From NCBI RefSeq assembly GCF_964213995.1, contig NC_135805.1, forward strand, positions 96,162,001-96,226,000: a stretch of 64,000 bases of DNA. The letters are read 5' to 3'. The translations under genes were made by a program, and so were the position numbers. This stretch comes from Mustelus asterias. Lineage: Eukaryota. Below the pieces are notes generated by a model that was not told where the DNA came from, made no database searches, and saw nothing but the letters and a program-made list of their open reading frames with translations. Below, piece by piece: positions 62,056 to 64,000 of this stretch (position 1 is its first letter; each line of letters starts with the position of its first letter).

Positions 62056-63049
62056 TATTTGCTACCAAATAAACCTGTTGGACTTTAACCTGGTGTTGTG
62101 AGACTTCTTACTGTGTTCACCCCAGTCCAACGCCGACATCTCCACATATTGAACAAAGCCACATACTTATAACACTCTTATGGAAATTTGAAGATATTTT
62201 CAGATGTCATTGATATTTCTAATCACTACGTCTAAATTTGAAAAGTAAGCATTTTTAAAATCGTTTACATAAAATTTAGGATAGATCTTTCAATAAAAAA
62301 ACTATCAACTTGAAAACTTAGAGATCTGATTCTGAAAGACACCAACATCGCCTCCCCCCAACTTTATTAAATTTTTCTCCCTCACTTGAAAGTAGTACTT
62401 GCTCGTTATAGCAAAATTTAAATGTGCATTAGCAGCAATATTCTCATCAAATGTGACATTCTTAATGCAAATCTAAATATTCACGACTTATTTCCCTCTG
62501 GAAGCATCTCAACATAATGTAATCGGGTCCTCACATTACGTGCATGCTCTTCTGTTTTTCAGCAAATAACGGAAAGTAGTTGATATTTTCCCCCTCTGAC
62601 CTGGAAATGCAGAGCATAGATGTAATACGCTGACTGAATTGAATAAACTCAGAACAGACCAGAGTCATAGCATTCTGACAGCAGATCAGGATTCCTCAAA
62701 TTGATGGTAGATTGATCACAGATTAGAATGACCTTTAACAAATAGGATTCATGCTTTTTTAAGCAAGTGCTGCTTTTGATGAAGTGATCACAAGGATGTA
62801 TATCCACACATTGTAGGAGACACGGTAGCAGATGTCCAAATCTGTTGTATGAATGGAAAAAGAAAACCAATAAGGTAAGCACACTTGGAATGGTTTTATA
62901 ATTGCTTTTTGAAGAATTAATCGATCCACCAAAATACAAGACTTGACTGCAAATCCACTGACACATTGTTGTATATTTGCCATGTCAAATGCATGTAACA
63001 CAGAATCATGGCCTGATTACAGAAGGAAATAATTTCTCCCATCATGTCT

Positions 63050-63520
63050 GTGGCAGCTCTTCACAAAAAGCACTCGCTTGCCTATTCTTCACAGCCCCAC
63101 AACCTTTTACTCTTCAGGTCCATTTTAAATGCCACAATTGAATCTTTTTCCACCATGATCACAAGCAGTACATTTCTAGCCACTCATAAAAAAGTTTTTC
63201 TCATGTCACCGTTCATTCTTTTATCATTCACCTTAAAATCCATGTCCTCTGGATCTCAACTTGATGTTAATGTAAATCGTTTCTCTCTATCCACCCCTCA
63301 TGATTTTGAACTCTTCTTTCAAATCTCCTCTCAACTTCTTCTTCCCTAACGTGGACAACTCCAACTTCTCTAATCTAACCAGGGAACTGACGTCCCTCCT
63401 CCTTGGAACAATTCACATAAATCATTTTTATGCCCTCTTTAAAGCCTTTAAATTGTGGTGCCCAGGATCAGACACAGTACTCCAGCTGAGTCCAGTGGTT
63501 TAGAAAGGTCTACTATACTT
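63050..63520 (-). mobile_element. Old degenerate CR1 3' fragment
   Basis: Minus strand QLEYCV*SWAP and downstream CR1-like sequence. Confidence 0.7.
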
Positions 63521-64000
63521 GATTATGTATTCCATTGGTGTAATTTTCTGCCCTCCGCTATGGAAAGTTTGGTAATGCGGATGGGGACATTTAAACGGGC
63601 AGGAGGGTGGTGGGTAGCGACCCTATTGCTTTCCTCCCCTTCACTCTGATTAAATCTGTGATGGGAAGAGTGCGAGTCACTCACTCAGAATTAACTCTCC
63701 TGAGTGGCATGTATTGTTTGTATACTGAACACCAGATTCCCAAAGATCTACCTACCTCTGCCTTGAAAACGTTCAAAGACTCTGCTTCCACTCCGCTTGA
63801 AGAACGGATTTCCAAAGACTCACTCGTCTCGCTCAAAAAAAAATCCTCTCATCTCTGTTTTAAATGGGTGACCACTCATTTTTAAGCAGTTTATTTACTT
63901 GCAGTCCTGGAGTTTTCTGGTTAGGTTACAATCGGTATGTGATTAACTCAGGGAGGGCTCATCTGTACGGGCTTGCTGAGAGAGGTCAATCTCACCTTCT

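Larger units (their letters stand above)
60516..62146 (+). mobile_element. 5'-truncated Penelope-like element (Neptune-like) with an inverted 5' arm
   Basis: 60516-60970 is the reverse complement of about 61655-62109, and 60971-61043 of 61056-61128; perfect TSD TATTGAACAAAGC (60503-60515, 62147-62159). Confidence 0.95.

Overview
Vertebrate non-coding DNA, almost certainly from a shark (HE1/V-SINEs, HER1-type CR1 LINEs and shark-type Penelope tails; a carcharhiniform is my guess from memory, not a search result). Most of the window is nested transposable elements. These include many CR1 LINEs (one full-length, about 4.2 kb, plus a near-identical young inverted pair), a second CR1-group LINE, Rex1 and RTE fragments, three SINE types, an internally deleted Gypsy element, solo LTRs, a hAT element with an 8-bp TSD, and PIF/Harbinger transposase relics with their GC-rich MITEs. 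No host gene can be named; only a few exon-like or pseudo-exon segments are visible. The most interesting signal is a Penelope-like (GIY-YIG) family carrying minimal hammerhead ribozymes. It occurs as five insertions from about 13 bp to 1.6 kb. Four have an inverted 5' arm (three are full fold-back palindromes), and all five have 11-13 bp TSDs containing a TG at the tail junction. One copy is truncated at the predicted self-cleavage site, and two copies hit the same 11-bp site of one MITE family. Family assignments come from recognised motifs only; no database search was run and most boundaries are approximate.
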